The notes under the pieces: generated by a model | The model's input: only the letters and a program-made list of their open reading frames with translations | What the model was told of the DNA's origin: nothing | The model's database searches: none | Source of the DNA: an uncultured Gemmatimonadota bacterium | Lineage (GTDB): Bacteria; GCA-2686955 | Length of the DNA: 32,015 nt | Direction of reading: 5' to 3' | Assembly (NCBI GenBank): GCA_964490075.1 | Contig: CAZBBK010000069.1 | Span: 1-32,015 of the forward strand | Translations under genes and position numbers: made by a program | In this document: positions 29,530 to 32,015 of the stretch, one piece after another | How the letters are laid out: every line of letters begins with the position of its first letter | How positions within the stretch are numbered: the first letter of the stretch is position 1

Positions 29530-30405
29530 ATGGTCGCGGCACTCGCGTCGGCATGGGCGCTCGCGGCCCTCGGCTGCGGCGCGCGGCCGATGCGGGGCGG
29601 CGTCGCCGGCGACGGAGGCTCAGCGGCCCCATACGGCCTGGTCCCCATGATCCAAGTACCCGCCGGCAGCTTTCGCATGGGCTCGCCGCCGGGCGAGGGC
29701 GGCCACAACAGCTACCAGGCGGTGCGCCGCGTCACTTTCAGCCGGCCCTACCTGATCGGTGCCACCGAGATCACCCAGGCCCAGTGGCGCGCCGTGCTCG
29801 GCGGCGATCCGAGCCATTTCGAGGGCTGCGACGACTGCCCGGTGGAGAGCGTCACCTGGCTCGAGGCGATTCGCTTCTGCAACGCGCTCTCGTTGCGCGA
29901 AGGGTTGCCGCCAGCCTACCGGATCGAGGACGAGCGAGTGACCTGGGAGCGCGGCGCCGCCGGCTACCGTCTACCGACCGAGGCCGAGTGGGAGCGGGCC
30001 GCGCGCGCCGGCACCACGACGCCCTACTGGTTCGGGGAGCGGATCGGTCCCCAACGGGCCAACTGCTCCTGCCCCACGCCCGCCGGCGATCCTCCCGCGA
30101 CACCGATCGGTCTCCGCACCACGCCGGTCGCAACCTTCCAGGCCAACGCCCTCGGGCTCCACGACGTGCACGGCAACGTCTGGGAATGGTGCTGGGATCG
30201 CTTCGCCGCCCTTGCCCCGGCCGACACCCTCGATCCCGCCGGCCCCGATGTCGATCCAGGCATGGGACGCATCAGCCGCGGCGGCAGCTGGAGCTCGGCC
30301 CCGCTCGCCTGCCGCGCCGCGTTCCGCAACGCCAGCAGCCCCGACTATCGCTGTGGTTGTCTGGGGTTGAGGGTGGCGCGCGGAATCGGCTCCGGGGATG
30401 GTTAG
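29530..30405 (+). CDS. FGE-sulfatase/SUMF1-fold protein (probably a non-catalytic lipoprotein)
   Basis: FRMGS, TEITQAQW, PVESVTW, YRLPTEAEWERAARAG, GLHDVHGNVWEWCWD, RGGSW, GLRV. LGC lipobox-like site; start uncertain. Confidence 0.9.
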   Translation: MVAALASAWALAALGCGARPMRGGVAGDGGSAAPYGLVPMIQVPAGSFRMGSPPGEGGHNSYQAVRRVTFSRPYLIGATEITQAQWRAVLGGDPSHFEGCDDCPVESVTWLEAIRFCNALSLREGLPPAYRIEDERVTWERGAAGYRLPTEAEWERAARAGTTTPYWFGERIGPQRANCSCPTPAGDPPATPIGLRTTPVATFQANALGLHDVHGNVWEWCWDRFAALAPADTLDPAGPDVDPGMGRISRGGSWSSAPLACRAAFRNASSPDYRCGCLGLRVARGIGSGDG

Positions 30406-30978
30406 CCACGACCTCCGCGGGGGCCGCTCGAGTCGTTGGTCCGCATGTATTGCGTACGGAAATGGTGAGCTCGTTCTTCGCGCACGCGCCTTGCCTGCAC
30501 CGCCACGGCCTCCAGCAAACGGCGCTGATTGGTGGAAATCCACGGGCCTTCGCAATCTAGCGACACATAGGGCAGCTCGCTGACGCCGGCCAGGGGGCGG
30601 ATGATCGTCTGCGCGTTCATGGCGGGCTGGCAGTTGAAGGAGCCCAGGCTGATCAGGCCGTCGTAGTATCCGTCTCGAACCGCGCAAAGGTAGCGCCCGA
30701 CGGTCCCGCTGGTCTCCGTGAAGCCGTTGCAGGAAACATGCTTGTGCCCCTCGGCCGCGAGCTCTACCAGTGGCACATGGGGATCGAAGAGCAGGCCCGA
30801 TGCGCTTATGATAGACAAGAGCCAGCATACGCCGCGCATGGGGGCCGAAGTCGCTGGCGAAGATATGCGTGACACGGGGATCGTCGTATGCCACATCGCG
30901 TCCCCGCGAATCCACATAGCAGCGGCGCTCCGGGTCGACACGCGCCGGCGCCTGGTGTCCGTCGCTAGTCGCCGCCAT
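30402..30978 (-). pseudogene. Internally deleted gene for the C-terminal (2-hydroxyacyl-CoA dehydratase-like) part of a CoA-activase system
   Basis: AGGAG + ATG 30978 (MAATSD...YVDSRG...YDDPRV...YHKRIG), then a frame switch near 30800 to SGLLFD...YDGLISLGSFNCQP...LDCEG...LEAVAVQARR, stop at 30402. Confidence 0.65.
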
Positions 30979-31864
30979 ATGATGCTCCTGGCGCCGCATT
31001 TTCCTGCGCGGTGGTCGCGACCCGTCCCGATTGCCGGGCGGCGTGGGTTCGGCGGTGTCGTTCTACGATGTCGAGAAACGCGCCCAGACGCGTGTCGAAC
31101 CCTGCATGGGCAGTATGGGTGTCGATCTCCAGATAGCAGAAAACGCGCTCGGAGAGCATCTCGCGAAAATGGTGCACCATGCTCGCGTCGGGACCGCAAG
31201 AGAAGCATGAGAGCAGACAGACGTAGAGGTCGTCACGCTCGGCCGCGTGGTTCAACGCATTGCTGATCTGCTGGGTGAAGGCCCAGACATCGCGCGCCGG
31301 TAGCTCGGCTGAGCTTGGCGGCAAGATGTCCGCCGGCGCGGCGTTGTAGCCGCGGCTGACGATCTTCCTGGGCAGCGAGAGGTTCACATCGGGGGAGCAG
31401 GCGGCGTACGGCCGTCCGGCGATGATCACCGTCGCCTCACTTCGTGCCCGTTCGTGCGCTGCTCTTCCCAACGCTTGCGCCTGTTGGCAATACTCGGCGT
31501 AGCGGGCCAAGGCGAGTTCCGCGGCCCGCCGGCCCAGCTCGGCTGAGCGCCCCAGACGACCTGCCACCACTTCCAACTCCGCCAGGCTGGTAGTGCGCAA
31601 TGCCGACGAGAGCCCCAAATGTGGCGCGAGGATTCGCCGCTCCGAGACGCTCAGGCTGCTGCGCAGAATATCGGGAATCATGGGTGCGGTGGCACGACCA
31701 GGCGGCGCCCGGTGCGTGCCGTCAGGGCCAAGGCGACCGCGCGATTCAGCGCCACCCCGCCCAGGAACATGAGCTCGTCCCCGATCTGTCTCGGTCCCAC
31801 AATCCGCGCCAGATAGTTGTCGGCGATCGAGTAGATCAAGCCGGCCAGTATGTCGGCTTTCCCC
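30965..31864 (-). pseudogene. 5'-truncated, internally deleted acyl-CoA dehydratase activase (BadF/BadG/BcrA/BcrD ATPase fragment + DUF2229-like fragment)
   Basis: ADILAGLIYSIADNYL...FLGGVALNRAV...VVPPHP-stop (31864-31678), then in another frame IPDIL...GRPY...CFSCGPD...LEIDTHTAHAGFDTRLGAFLDIV (31681-30965). Confidence 0.78.
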
Positions 31865-31865
31865 G

Positions 31866-32015
31866 GGTCGATCCCCGCGTGCGCGGGGGAGCCCGAGCGA
31901 AAACAGTGGCCGCTCAAATGGCCATGGGTCGATCCCCGCGTGCGCGGGGGAGCCACTTCATGGTCCCGGGTTTTTCTGTCTCTATGAGGTCGATCCCCGC
32001 GTGCGCGGGGGAGCC
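31866..32015 (-). CRISPR. Type I-E-like CRISPR array: 3 repeats, 2 spacers, truncated by the window end
   Basis: Identical 28-bp GGTCGATCCCCGCGTGCGCGGGGGAGCC at 31866, 31927 and 31988; 61-bp period; unique 33-bp spacers. The reverse complement GGCTCCCCCGCGCACGCGGGGATCGACC resembles I-E repeats, with a CCCCGC/GCGGGG stem. Confidence 0.95.

Noticed and set aside
29365-29530. preQ1 riboswitch upstream of queF
   Set aside because: No short stem with the conserved loop and A-rich 3' tail of preQ1-I is visible on the minus strand.
29530-30405. FGE-fold protein as the maturase of the sulfatase at 606-1991
   Set aside because: It lacks the two-Cys catalytic motif after RGGS of true FGE, the sulfatase lacks CxPxR, and the genes are about 28 kb apart.

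Overview
High-GC (about 70% by eye) bacterial scaffold with a 100-N gap at 3516-3615; the lineage cannot be assigned from this window. The backbone is housekeeping and envelope genes: a sulfatase-like protein, a GT4 glycosyltransferase, mutL-miaA, tRNA-Gly(CCC), an LPP20-like protein, an AI-2E transporter, HAD-IIA and PHP phosphatases, an SGNH/TPR protein, a radical SAM enzyme, a retropepsin-like lipoprotein, a PAS hybrid kinase, a wHTH-STAND-TPR regulator, queF and an FGE-fold protein. The window ends in a type I-E-like CRISPR array (3 repeats, 2 spacers, cut by the window edge, no cas genes visible) joined directly to a multiply deleted acyl-CoA dehydratase activase locus. Most notable observations: (1) that CRISPR-adjacent locus with three apparent deletion junctions; (2) a shared ~100-aa C-terminal domain on three unrelated proteins, a candidate sorting or anchoring signal; (3) a 48-aa signal-peptide ORF ending in WHWRSEV behind a near-consensus sigma54 promoter; (4) an 88-bp hairpin/MITE inserted exactly into two overlapping stop codons; (5) a DGR-like codon signature at the 3' end of the FGE-fold gene; (6) a long-leader, low-complexity charged protein whose core may be hidden in the gap; (7) two probable CTG starts. 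All family assignments come from motif recognition by eye, not database searches.
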